From: Candidatus Obscuribacteraceae bacterium
Lineage (GTDB): Bacteria; Cyanobacteriota; Vampirovibrionia; Obscuribacterales; Obscuribacteraceae
DNA length: 64,000 bases
Direction: 5' to 3'
Assembly (NCBI GenBank): GCA_044226015.1
Contig: JBGAHS010000010.1
Coordinates: 96,001-160,000, forward strand
This document shows positions 20,061 through 29,789 of this stretch, in pieces; the stretch's first letter is position 1; each line of letters starts with the position of its first letter. The notes below the pieces were generated by a model. The model was not told the origin of the DNA. It saw nothing but the letters and a program-made list of their open reading frames with translations, and made no database searches. The position numbers were made by a program, and so were the translations under genes.

Positions 20061-20424
20061 GAACGGTTATGGCTTCGCGTTTTCTTACGCTCTCATGAAT
20101 TTCTCGAACGGCTATCGCTTCGCATTTTCTTTGGGCGCTCATGAATTTCTCGAACGGCTATCGCTTCGCATTTTCTTAGGCGCAGATAAAATTCTCGAAC
20201 GGCTATCGCTTCGCGTTTTTCTTAGGCGCAGATAAATTTCTCGAACGGTTATGGCTTCGCGTTTTCTTACGCTCTCATAAATTTCTCGAACGGTTAAGGC
20301 TTCGCATTTCTCTTACGCTCTCATAAATTTCTCGAACTGCTATCGCTTCGCATTTTTCTTACGCTCTCATAAATTTCTCGAACTGCTATCGCTTCGCGTT
20401 TTTCTTACGCGCTATAAATTTCTC
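20061..20424. repeat. 45-46-bp tandem array (8 units), reverse-orientation variant of the GCGAAGCGATAGC core
   Basis: GAACGGCTATCGCTTCGC(A/G)TTTT repeated. Confidence 0.92.
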
Positions 20425-20514
20425 TTTGCTTGGGTGCTATGCCTTCGCTGAGGAGCATGCCTTTGTTGGTGACCATTTCATGAGCGATTATTTGAAATAT
20501 GGTTCAATAATTAG

Positions 20515-23500
20515 GTGCATAACAACTTCCAGAATTTGCTTTCAATTTCAGAACGAGATGTTTTTCTCACGTTCGGAACGCTTGTCGCAAACGAAGGGGA
20601 TGAATACCAGAAAAGTGCTCGAGTTCTTTCTGCTAATCTCTCACCGAATGGCAAAGCTGTGACTGGGGAAGTGCAGGGGAGTGTACTCGACCCTTATTCT
20701 GTTCAGATTCGTGCTGCAAGCGAAGGACTGAAGTGCAGCTGCTCATGCTCAATGCAGACGTATTGTAAGCACAGTGCTGCGTTGTTGTTTGATCTCATCC
20801 GCGGTGGTCGTGTCAATCGTGTAGCAGTTAAGAATGCATTGTCAGCGCAAGAAGAGCAGAAAGGTCTCTACTATATACTTGAACCGCAGAGTAATCCTCA
20901 TCGAGTTGAACTGAAAATTGTGCATGCCGCCAGAACTGCTGCCGGTGCCTGGAGCCTGATTCAAAAGGGCGAATTGTCACGAATCACTCAGAGAAGCGCA
21001 AGTTACATAAGCCAAGATGATTTTGAAATTGCTCGGAGTTTTCTTGCCTCCACTCGCAATGCTAATTGGATTTACAGAAACGCTTTTCCTGACACTGGTG
21101 ACTTGGGCGAGCGCTTATTGAAGCGAATCATTTCGACTGGGCGCGCCTACTGGAAAGAGCTTGGGGCTTCGCCGCTGACGATGGGACCAGAAAAGCATGG
21201 CAAAGTAGACTGGAAAGTTGGAACCTCGGGAAGGCAGATTCCATTTTTCAATACAGGCACCAGAGGTGATATCACAATTTTTGTCGGAGTACCCTGGTAC
21301 GTAAATGCAAGAAACGCCTCTGCTGGCAGCTTGAAGGTTGAAGTCTCTAATGGAACGCTGCGTAGCATTCTAAGTGCTGGTCCGATGGATCCATCGTCCG
21401 CATTGCAATTCTGGCAAACTTTGCTACGAGCGGATAAGAACATTCCGGCTCCAATTAAGCAAGTCGAAATGAAAAAGGTGTTGCTGAAACCATCTATTGT
21501 GCTCAATCTGAACAGTGTTGAGAAGCACGAAAGCCAGACCGATGCGAAGACCGGTGCGCAGACCGATGGACCGACCGGTGCGCAGACCGATGTAAAAGAA
21601 CATCTGTCAGCAGGAAAAGCTGAATTGAAATTCGACTATGGAACCCTGGATTTTCAAGGCAAAAGTGAGAAACGTGTTGTCAAAAACAACGTCGTGACCA
21701 TTTATCAACGTGATTTGGTTTTTGAAAAACAACATATTGCTGAGTTAGAGTCTTGCGGTTTAGTCTGCGCCACCCCACCAGAGGCAAGGGGGAGTGCAGC
21801 AAGCTTAGTCTTCACTGCGGCATCGCCTGTCAGCTGGTTGAGATTTACGCTAAAAGAGTCAAGCAAGTTGAAAGAAAATGGATGGCAAGTCAGAGCAGAT
21901 AGGCCATGCGATTTTAATGTTGTTAAACTTACAGCAGACTGGACTCTTGGTCTGAGTGAGGGGACTGACTTCTGGTTCTCTCTTGACCTTGGAGTGGAAT
22001 TTGAGGGGAATAAAATTCAACTCCTGCCGATAATTAGAAATGCGCTGCGAGCCTTGAAAATGCATTCTGAGCAAGCAACACTCGAAGTGCTATCAAATGC
22101 CAATGTTGACGGAATCTTTTATGCTGAAATTGGAGATGGTCGCTTTTTGGCGCTCCCTTTTGAGCGCGTAAAGATTATTGTGGAGAGCTTTCTCTGGCTC
22201 ATGGAGAATGGCAATGTTGGGGCTAGTGTGCAGATGGGTTCGGGAACTGATGCTGGAACTCAGATTCGAACTGATGCTGGAGCTGGTGCGGGGACCAATG
22301 TGGGAGCCAGTGTGGGAGCCAGTGTGGAGTCCAGTGTGGGAACCATTGAGGGGTCCAGTGGGGGAACTGATGCAACAGCCCGTGAGTCTGTTTCCTTGCC
22401 ACAATTATTCGAGCTATCCTCGAATCTTCAACATATAGCAGGAAGCCCAAATTTTCAATTCAATGAGTGCTTGAAAGAACTTTTGGAGAGAATCCGACGT
22501 CGTACGAATAACCCCACTGCATTGTCGCCGCCGCCTGAATTCAACGCCGAATTGCGTGGCTATCAACTTGAAGGAATGCGCTGGCTTGATTTCTTGAGGG
22601 AGTTTTCACTAGGGGGCATTTTAGCGGATGATATGGGGTTGGGAAAGACCATCCAGGCGCTAGCTCATTTCTGTGTGGAGAAATCGGAAGGACGACTAGA
22701 TAAGCCGGTTCTCGTAATTTGCCCAAGTTCTGTATTACCGAATTGGAAATCTGAGATTGATAGGTTCGCACCACATTTGTCCACATTATCTTTGTGGGGG
22801 ATTGAGCGTTCCAAAAACTTTCCCGAAATTAAGAACGCTGACCTTGTTCTGACCACCTATTCTTTGCTAAGTAGAGACATCGATGTTTTGTCGAAACAAG
22901 CGTGGAAGGCTGTGGTATTAGACGAAGCGCAAATGATAAAAAATCCTGATGCGCAGGTGACGCAAAATGCGTGTCGACTTCGTAGCGAATATAGAATTTG
23001 TTTGACCGGCACTCCGATCGAAAATAACTTGGGTGAACTCTGGTCGCAGTTTAATTTTTTGATGCCAGGATTTTTGCTTGACCGTTCCGAATTTGCTCAA
23101 TCTTTTCGATTTCCAATCGAGAAACATCAAGATCTGGCTAAGCGCCGACTCTTGAGTGACAGGGTTCGTCCTTTTCTTCTGCGACGGACCAAGGAGCTTG
23201 TAGCAAAAGAATTGCCCGAGAAAACTGTTATCCTCAAGAGGGTTGAACTTGAAGGTGCGCAGCGAGATCTTTACGAGACAATACGACTTGCAATGTCCGA
23301 AAAATTGAATCTTGTTCTTGAGAGTAAGGGCTTTGAGCGAAGCAAGATTGTCATATTGGATGCGTTGCTCAAGTTGCGTCAGGTTTGCTGTGACTCACGC
23401 CTTCTAAAAATGGACCAGGCAAAAAGTGTGACTGAGTCAGCCAAGCTGGATGCACTACTCAACATGCTTGATGAATTGCAGCAAGAAGGGCGCAGGGTCT

Positions 23501-23949
23501 TGTTGTTCTCACAATTTACTAGCATGCTCGACCTTATAATCGAGGAGCTTAATAAGCGTAAGATGGAGTTCGTTGAAATTCGTGGAAGCACCAGGGATAG
23601 AGTCACGCCAGTTAAGCGATTTCAGAGTGGTGAGGTCTTTTTGTTTCTGCTGAGCTTAAAGTCGGGTGGTGTGGGACTGAATCTGACTGCGGCGGATACT
23701 GTAATTCATTATGATCCCTGGTGGAATCCCGCAGTCGAAAATCAGGCGAGTGATCGTGCGCATCGAATAGGTCAGGATAAGTCAGTATTTGTGTTCAAGT
23801 TGATCGCGGCAGGCACCATCGAAGAGCGCATTTTGGAATTGCAAGAGAGAAAACGTGTTATCGCTGAGTCTGTGCTAGACGAAGACGCAGACCTGCCATT
23901 CGAGCTAACAGAGGACGATATAGCAAATTTGCTCAAGCCGCTGGTATGA
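20515..23949 (+). CDS. SWIM zinc-finger SNF2-family helicase/ATPase
   Basis: CSC...CKH SWIM motif; LRGYQ, LADDMGLGKT, DEAQ, TGTPIEN, GGVGLNL and QASDRAHRIGQ motifs. Confidence 0.95.
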   Translation: MHNNFQNLLSISERDVFLTFGTLVANEGDEYQKSARVLSANLSPNGKAVTGEVQGSVLDPYSVQIRAASEGLKCSCSCSMQTYCKHSAALLFDLIRGGRVNRVAVKNALSAQEEQKGLYYILEPQSNPHRVELKIVHAARTAAGAWSLIQKGELSRITQRSASYISQDDFEIARSFLASTRNANWIYRNAFPDTGDLGERLLKRIISTGRAYWKELGASPLTMGPEKHGKVDWKVGTSGRQIPFFNTGTRGDITIFVGVPWYVNARNASAGSLKVEVSNGTLRSILSAGPMDPSSALQFWQTLLRADKNIPAPIKQVEMKKVLLKPSIVLNLNSVEKHESQTDAKTGAQTDGPTGAQTDVKEHLSAGKAELKFDYGTLDFQGKSEKRVVKNNVVTIYQRDLVFEKQHIAELESCGLVCATPPEARGSAASLVFTAASPVSWLRFTLKESSKLKENGWQVRADRPCDFNVVKLTADWTLGLSEGTDFWFSLDLGVEFEGNKIQLLPIIRNALRALKMHSEQATLEVLSNANVDGIFYAEIGDGRFLALPFERVKIIVESFLWLMENGNVGASVQMGSGTDAGTQIRTDAGAGAGTNVGASVGASVESSVGTIEGSSGGTDATARESVSLPQLFELSSNLQHIAGSPNFQFNECLKELLERIRRRTNNPTALSPPPEFNAELRGYQLEGMRWLDFLREFSLGGILADDMGLGKTIQALAHFCVEKSEGRLDKPVLVICPSSVLPNWKSEIDRFAPHLSTLSLWGIERSKNFPEIKNADLVLTTYSLLSRDIDVLSKQAWKAVVLDEAQMIKNPDAQVTQNACRLRSEYRICLTGTPIENNLGELWSQFNFLMPGFLLDRSEFAQSFRFPIEKHQDLAKRRLLSDRVRPFLLRRTKELVAKELPEKTVILKRVELEGAQRDLYETIRLAMSEKLNLVLESKGFERSKIVILDALLKLRQVCCDSRLLKMDQAKSVTESAKLDALLNMLDELQQEGRRVLLFSQFTSMLDLIIEELNKRKMEFVEIRGSTRDRVTPVKRFQSGEVFLFLLSLKSGGVGLNLTAADTVIHYDPWWNPAVENQASDRAHRIGQDKSVFVFKLIAAGTIEERILELQERKRVIAESVLDEDADLPFELTEDDIANLLKPLV

Positions 23950-24181
23950 GTCTGTGGACGTTTGTTTCATGAGTTCGCGAGCCGATTTCGTTTGCTTGTT
24001 GAATTCGCTCAACATCTCCTGCTGATACAAATCCTCTGGAGGTAATTGAAATTAATCGAAAAATCACAGCGCTGTTGAAAAATCGGTTTTTATGCCTTCA
24101 GCATTTTTTCCTTTGTTTCAGATTGATTTCAGAATCTGTATCTAATATTTAAAACTCATGAAAGTCCGATGAGGGCGGTAA

Positions 24182-25282
24182 ATGGTTGAGTATTTTGATG
24201 CAGAGAATCACAAGACTGAGTGGTCCACCGGACCATCTGTTGATATTCCTGTATTCTTTGCTTCCGATAGAAAGCGAATTAGCTCCAACAAGGAGACTGA
24301 CGGGAAGACTCTTGCGCCCCTACAGTTAGGCGAATGTATTGTGCGGGTGCCCTGTGAGCGTGAGTGGCAATCTTCCGAGACGGAATTGAAGGATGAGCTG
24401 CAGCAGTTGAACTGGGAAATGGAGCTGACAGAGCCTACAATTAAGCCAACTATCGATGTAAGGGGCTACGTTGCCGAACGTGCCCCACGGGCTGCTGTTC
24501 CGGTAGTTGCGGAAAATGTGCAGTCCTTCTGGTCAGACTTACGCTCCGCAGTTGAGAAACAAAAAGAGCATAAGGTTTACGTATACATACATGGATTCGC
24601 TTCTAGCGGTGAGAATTCGCTTTATGCATCGGGTGTTTTGGCTTCTCAGGTTCAGGCTCCGGTGGTTGCGTTCACCTGGCCATCTGCGGGAACTGTGGGT
24701 TTGAAATATCCCCATCTGGCCGGATCAAAAACCACGAGGGCGCTTTTCAAGGCTGACCGAAAGATGATCGATGACCCCCAAGTTGGAAGTGATCTCGGAG
24801 AATTCCTGGCTAGGTTGAAAACGGAGCTTCCGACAAATGTTCAAGTTGAATTGGTTGCACACAGTTTGGGCAACCGGCTGCTAACCAGGCACTTGAAAGG
24901 TTCGGCTCAAGAGAATTTCGATAACGTATATTTTCTTGCTCCTGATGTTGACAAGAAAGTCTTTCTCTCTTCTGTGCCAGAGATCCTCTCAAAATCCAAG
25001 CACGTTTCTGTTTTTATGAATCCACACGATAGGGTTTTGCAAATTTCTGGGCTGAACAATTTGCTTGAGTTTCATTCATGGAAAAAGCTGGGAAAGTCTA
25101 AGGTTAGTGCTGCGGGAATAGATTTCATTGATTATGGAGCAGTCGCCAAACCCAGAGGTATTGGCCACTACATACCGTTTGAACAGTTTGGGAGTCTCTT
25201 GAGAAACCAGAGCTTGTACTCGCCTGACGGGAAGAGGGAGTATATTTTGACCAGGCGAAGCAAAATCGAGAAGGCTGGCTAA
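24182..25282 (+). CDS. DUF900-type alpha/beta hydrolase (esterase/lipase)
   Basis: VFFASDR, VYIHGF, FTWPS, AHSLGNR, APDVD, D.VL..S and GHY motifs. Confidence 0.85.
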   Translation: MVEYFDAENHKTEWSTGPSVDIPVFFASDRKRISSNKETDGKTLAPLQLGECIVRVPCEREWQSSETELKDELQQLNWEMELTEPTIKPTIDVRGYVAERAPRAAVPVVAENVQSFWSDLRSAVEKQKEHKVYVYIHGFASSGENSLYASGVLASQVQAPVVAFTWPSAGTVGLKYPHLAGSKTTRALFKADRKMIDDPQVGSDLGEFLARLKTELPTNVQVELVAHSLGNRLLTRHLKGSAQENFDNVYFLAPDVDKKVFLSSVPEILSKSKHVSVFMNPHDRVLQISGLNNLLEFHSWKKLGKSKVSAAGIDFIDYGAVAKPRGIGHYIPFEQFGSLLRNQSLYSPDGKREYILTRRSKIEKAG

Positions 25283-25313
25283 ATTCGAAAATCTGCGTGG
25301 GTGAAACGTGCTA

Positions 25314-25580
25314 TGCAAAAACGCGATAGCGGTTCACGTTTTCCTATGTGCGGGTGAAAAGTGTGATGCAAAAACGCGAAGCGACAGTGGTTCGCAAATT
25401 TCTTATGCGCGGATGAAAAATGTGATGCAAAAACGCGAAGCGATAGCGGTTCACGAATTTCTCCGCGCAGGCAAAATGTGCGATGCGAAAACGCGAAGCG
25501 ATAGCGGTTCACGAATTTCTCCGCGCAGGCAAAATGTGCGATGCGAAAACCCGAAGCGATAGCGGTACGCGAATTTCTAT
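25314..25580. repeat. About 59-bp tandem array (5 units) with core AAAACGCGAAGCGATAGCGGTTC
   Basis: Direct repeats just after the stop at 25282. Confidence 0.9.
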
Positions 25581-25713
25581 CGTGATCGTATCTTTAATTG
25601 AACCTTCATCACTGATGACAACCGTCTAGGCAAATATTTCATAGATATCGTGTCTCTGAGCTGAATTATATGGTGTCGGAACTTCTTCACCAGTGGCTTG
25701 GATTTTCTTTGTC

Positions 25714-26928
25714 TTAAGGCAAGTCTATTTCCATCAAACTAAGATCAAACCAAAAATGACAGCCACCGCTCTTTGATGGAATCAGGCCGATGTTGCCTTT
25801 ATGCAATTCGATAATCGAACGAGCCACAAACAATCCGAGCCCAATGCCTTCCTTAGGTCGAGCATCGCTCGAATCAAGTTGAGCAAATTTCTTGAACAGT
25901 TTAGGCAGCTGCTCGGGCGGAATACCCGGACCTTCATCGATTACTGAAAAGCGCACACGATCAGTTGTTTCGTGATCAACGACAATCAAAAGAGTCTTTC
26001 CAGAACTCGAATATTTAATCCCATTAGATAGTAGATTAGTGAGCACCTGCGTCAAGCGATCTTTGTCTCCGCGGATAAGCCCCCGAGAAGATAGTTCAGT
26101 CTTTATTTCCACGCGGGCTTCCATCGCCACACCTTTAACATTGGCCAAAGCGCTAGCAACAATTTCTACCGGCGAGAATGTTTCAAATTCCAGATGAATT
26201 GCACCGGTTTCGATTCTTCTAAGATCAAGAATATCGTTGACTAACCTGACAAGCCGATCACAGCTTGAGCGAGCCATGCTGATAAGTTCTTTCCCCTCTG
26301 CCGAAGCTGGATCCACAACCTCATTCTCGAGCAAGCTCAACACACCTCGCACAGAGCTCAGGGGGGTTCTTAGTTCGTGAGAAGTGATTGAATAAAAATC
26401 AGCGACAAGCGATTCGGCAAGCTTTTGCGTGGTGATATCTCGCCCGATAGAATAAACTTTTCCTTCTTCCAGAATCGGTACACCGCTCCAGGAAATCCAT
26501 TTGTACGATCCGTCTTTGCATAGAGTTCTTACTTCGGTGCAGGGATGCAAAATTCCCTCAGCTACATCCTTGAGTCCATCATATACTTTGTGAAGATCGT
26601 CAGGATGAGTCAGCTCCATTATGGAACGTTTGTCAAGTTCCTCACGGGAAAAACCAGTGATCTTGCACTCGACCTGATTTGACCACAGTATTTTTCCGTT
26701 GAAATCAATGATACAAATAATGTCCAGCGAGTTCTGGCAGAGCCGCCTGGCTTCTTCCGAACTGAAAATAAAGGACTCATTGTCAATCGAATATGGTGAC
26801 CCCTCCGACAGGTCGATTGCTGCCGAAACGAGTTTTTTCTGGTCTTTAAGGATGGTTTCTGGTGAGTCCAAATCAGTAGAACCCATATGGGGTGCCATTG
26901 ATAGCGTACCATAGACAAAAGGCTCCAC
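25714..26928 (-). CDS. PAS-domain sensor histidine kinase (cytoplasmic, no adjacent response regulator)
   Basis: HPDD and GRDIT (PAS/PAC); SHELRTPL, NLLSNGIKY, DEGPGI and GIGLGL boxes; start uncertain. Confidence 0.93.
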   Translation of the reverse strand: MEPFVYGTLSMAPHMGSTDLDSPETILKDQKKLVSAAIDLSEGSPYSIDNESFIFSSEEARRLCQNSLDIICIIDFNGKILWSNQVECKITGFSREELDKRSIMELTHPDDLHKVYDGLKDVAEGILHPCTEVRTLCKDGSYKWISWSGVPILEEGKVYSIGRDITTQKLAESLVADFYSITSHELRTPLSSVRGVLSLLENEVVDPASAEGKELISMARSSCDRLVRLVNDILDLRRIETGAIHLEFETFSPVEIVASALANVKGVAMEARVEIKTELSSRGLIRGDKDRLTQVLTNLLSNGIKYSSSGKTLLIVVDHETTDRVRFSVIDEGPGIPPEQLPKLFKKFAQLDSSDARPKEGIGLGLFVARSIIELHKGNIGLIPSKSGGCHFWFDLSLMEIDLP

Positions 26929-27163
26929 TAGAACGAATGCATGCTCAGCAGCCTAAGATGCACGAAATATAGCCGTCTTCGGGTGCCATGAGAGGAATAT
27001 TGGATTCTCCTAAGGTTAGCAATCACTTGCTTCTCTTGCCTTGATGTATTAAGTGAGCGCAGGTAGCTGCTGCAGTTTTCCTGCAGTGTCAACTTTCTCA
27101 CACCAAAGTTTTCTCTCCAGTTCTTTCAACGGGTCATGGGTCCTGAAGCAAGAGTCCTACCCC

Positions 27164-27200
27164 AAAAGAAAAGCGCCCCGTTTTCACGAGGCGCTTTCTA
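27164..27200 (-). terminator. Intrinsic terminator downstream of tRNA-Arg
   Basis: Minus strand GAAAGCGCC..GGCGCTTTTCTTTT. Confidence 0.75.
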
Positions 27201-27213
27201 TCGGTCTTCAATT

Positions 27214-27290
27214 TGGCCTGCCCGGCATGATTCGAACATGCGACCTCATGGTTCGTAGCCATGCGCTCTATCCAGCTGGGCTACGGGCAG
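27214..27290 (-). tRNA. tRNA-Arg(ACG)
   Basis: 77 nt; CTGCCCG/CGGGCAG acceptor stem, CATGG-CTACGAA-CCATG anticodon arm, GTTCGAATC T-loop, encoded CCA. Confidence 0.96.
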
Positions 27291-27650
27291 TCAACGGAAG
27301 ATTCATTCTATCACGAGGTTCATTCCTTGCTAGCTTTGCCAACCGACCTTTAACTAAGATTGCGAAATGATACTTGACTACGGTGGGTGCCAGGCACGAA
27401 TCCACGTCCTGCCACTTTAGCAATCGGTCGATAGTCCCTAACCCCTCGCCAATTAAGCAAAAAGCTCCTTAATTTAGTCAAGTGCCGGCAAGTCTTAAGT
27501 CCGCCAAAAATGTTCAAGGAAAAGAGGCGTGTCCCTCGTTGACAAGAAGGGGCTGTTTCTTATCGCATAATGTCAGCATAAAGGAACCCCAAATTCAAAC
27601 TCTGCCTCTTGAAATGGCACGAGAGAGTAGTGATTTCTATTGGAGGAAGT

Positions 27651-27749
27651 ATGGTAATTACTTGGGGACCGAGCATTATTCTGAGCATCCTGCTAAGTAT
27701 CGGCTTGACTATATTGGTGAATGTCATACTGGGAGGTGTTCGGCGATAA
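27651..27749 (+). CDS. 32-aa single-TM small protein MVITWGPSIILSILLSIGLTILVNVILGGVRR (below the ORF-track cutoff)
   Basis: GGAGG ends 4 nt before the ATG; hydrophobic core with a basic C-terminus. Confidence 0.6.
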   Translation: MVITWGPSIILSILLSIGLTILVNVILGGVRR

Positions 27750-27878
27750 CTTGGCACACCATCCTCAGTTATGAGCCTCAGTGTTCAGCTTCAGGAATGT
27801 ATGTTGTGTTCGTCAGCGCCAGAACTCATGCTTAAATAGGACGTTCAATTAGTCTGAGTACATCCGTTCCATTCAACT

Positions 27879-28913
27879 TTACTTATGCTGTTCAGCAGTG
27901 GTTTTCTTACCGACTTCCGAAGACTTCGGCTTAGTCTCGTGATCCGGCGAGTGTTTTTCCATGTAGTAGTGCTGAATGATAGCAGCACCTACATCTGCTG
28001 CGCGCTCAAATGCATAAGTTGAGGCGATTGTGCCGAAACCGCCTTCTCCGCCATATTCCCAGGCTAGAAGTTTACTCGTTAGCTTGCCGATATCGAACTT
28101 TTCATTTGATGGAGCTGGTGGCTCGAAATCTGTTCGAGGTACTGACCTGGGTTTGATTTGGAAATCTGATCCTGGAATACGCAGTTCAGTCGAAAGTTGT
28201 TCAACTTTTGGTTTTAACGAGCCCCAGCTATGAGTGGTCTTATACCAGGTTTCATCTCCTGCGCCTGTTCTTAAAACTGATAGTCCATCGCTGGAACTTA
28301 TCAACTTAGATCCGTTGTTGAACTCTCTTACAGTGAAGTTCATTTTCGGCGAGTTTGTTTCGCTCAGTTTTGTCTTGAGAAATGTTTGGGAGTATCCATC
28401 AAATTTGTCTTGGACAGATTCGAAACCATTCATGCCTTTTGCGTCGAAGTGAGAAACCTTTTGACCAGAGATTATTTCACCGAATCTGGTGCCTGCAAGT
28501 TTGTGTTCTGCAAAGTGAGCGCCGACGCCACCAGCGACAATCGCCATCCCGTAATTTACGACGGCATCTCCGATGTTATCACCGAGCCACTTTTTGTTTT
28601 TCTCTAAATTATTTGGATTTTGCCAGGTATCAGCCATAGGGCTGTAAAACCTGTTTGCCAGGTCAACGCCTGCAAAACCTACAAAGGACATCCCGGCGAT
28701 GTGGAGTCCTTTCTGTACCAGATGGTTCGGATTTCGTGACGCCAGCGTGAGTACTGTACCTAATGCCACAGCAGAAACTGCTTCAATTGCAGTTCGTTCT
28801 TTGTGTTGCCATGCGTCATCAATGGCATCGCGAATCCCTTCTGGTACATGCGAAGGCAGACTCAGTAAGAGATCTTTCTCTCGTGATAACTTATTTCCGA
28901 TTGTATCCGACAT
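27879..28913 (-). CDS. Hypothetical protein with Gly/Ala-rich hydrophobic helices
   Basis: Long ORF; ATG 28913 preferred over TTG 28970. Confidence 0.72.
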   Translation of the reverse strand: MSDTIGNKLSREKDLLLSLPSHVPEGIRDAIDDAWQHKERTAIEAVSAVALGTVLTLASRNPNHLVQKGLHIAGMSFVGFAGVDLANRFYSPMADTWQNPNNLEKNKKWLGDNIGDAVVNYGMAIVAGGVGAHFAEHKLAGTRFGEIISGQKVSHFDAKGMNGFESVQDKFDGYSQTFLKTKLSETNSPKMNFTVREFNNGSKLISSSDGLSVLRTGAGDETWYKTTHSWGSLKPKVEQLSTELRIPGSDFQIKPRSVPRTDFEPPAPSNEKFDIGKLTSKLLAWEYGGEGGFGTIASTYAFERAADVGAAIIQHYYMEKHSPDHETKPKSSEVGKKTTAEQHK

Positions 28914-29219
28914 TAGAGCAACCCAAACACCAATAAACTCACGGTACTTCTGATTTGTTTTGGTCAACAATGTTCATTTGCACAGTCACCATGTGGGGGA
29001 GACAGCAGGTGCTATCGTTACCGGTTGGTTATCTTTCAGATTCCGCCCACCGCAAGCTTCTTGCATCCTGAGGCGCGCGCTCGTGGGGAATTTCTTCAGC
29101 CACCAGTTGTGTAAGCTCTTTTTTTGTTAGGCTACTTAACGTTTCATCAACTATGTGAATGAGCTTTGAGTGTTTGTGACCAGATTCCCTTGTTTTGTTC
29201 ACGTTGTTGAATGCACTGT

Positions 29220-29660
29220 CGAAGAAAAACGCGAAGCGATAGCGGTTGAAAAATTCAACTGGTGTCTAAATGGGTGCGAAGAAAAACGCGAAGCGATAGC
29301 GGTTGAAAAATTCGAGCAGGTGCGTGATGGACGCGAAGAAAAACGCGAAGCGATAGCGGTTGAAAAATTCGACTGGTGTCGTGCATGGGTGCGAAGAAAA
29401 ACGCGAGGCGATAGCGGTTGAAAAATTCGACTGGTGTCGTAATGGGTGCGAAGAAAAACGCGAAGCGATAGCGGTTGATGAATCCGAAGGGTGGCGCGGA
29501 TGGGTGCGAAGAAAAACGCGAAGCGATAGCGGTTGATGAATCCGAAGGGTGGCGCGGATGGGTGCGAAGAAAAACGCGAAGCGATAGCGGTTGAAAAATT
29601 CGACGGGTGAGATGCATGGACGCGAAGAAAAACGCGAAGCGATAGCGCTTGGAAAATTTG
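29220..29660. repeat. 57-58-bp tandem array (8 units) with a near-invariant 30-bp core CGAAGAAAAACGCGAAGCGATAGCGGTTGA and a semi-variable 27-28-bp part
   Basis: Cores at 29220, 29277, 29334, 29392, 29449, 29507, 29565 and 29623. Confidence 0.95.
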
Positions 29661-29789
29661 CACGCGTATGCCAGCGACTCGCATTGGAAATGCGATGAAC
29701 TAACCTTAACTCTGCCATGGGACTTGCCGCATTGTTCAACGGCTGTCCTCGAACTAGCCTAGAAATACCCCCAAAATAGGAGTCTGAAT

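Noticed and set aside
20515..25282. SNF2 helicase plus hydrolase as an anti-phage defence system
   Set aside because: SWIM-SNF2 genes are commonly stand-alone, the gap is 230 bp, and no nuclease or methylase partner is present
27053..27370. 105-aa ORF, and a possible island integrated at tRNA-Arg
   Set aside because: The ORF is antisense to the tRNA; no integrase and no duplicated tRNA 3' end were seen
27482..27835. 117-aa ORF
   Set aside because: No SD or recognisable motif; the nested 32-aa ORF has the better SD and composition
29220..29660. CRISPR array
   Set aside because: The intervals are homologous to each other (two are identical), the same core occurs in arrays of other periods, and no cas gene is in the window
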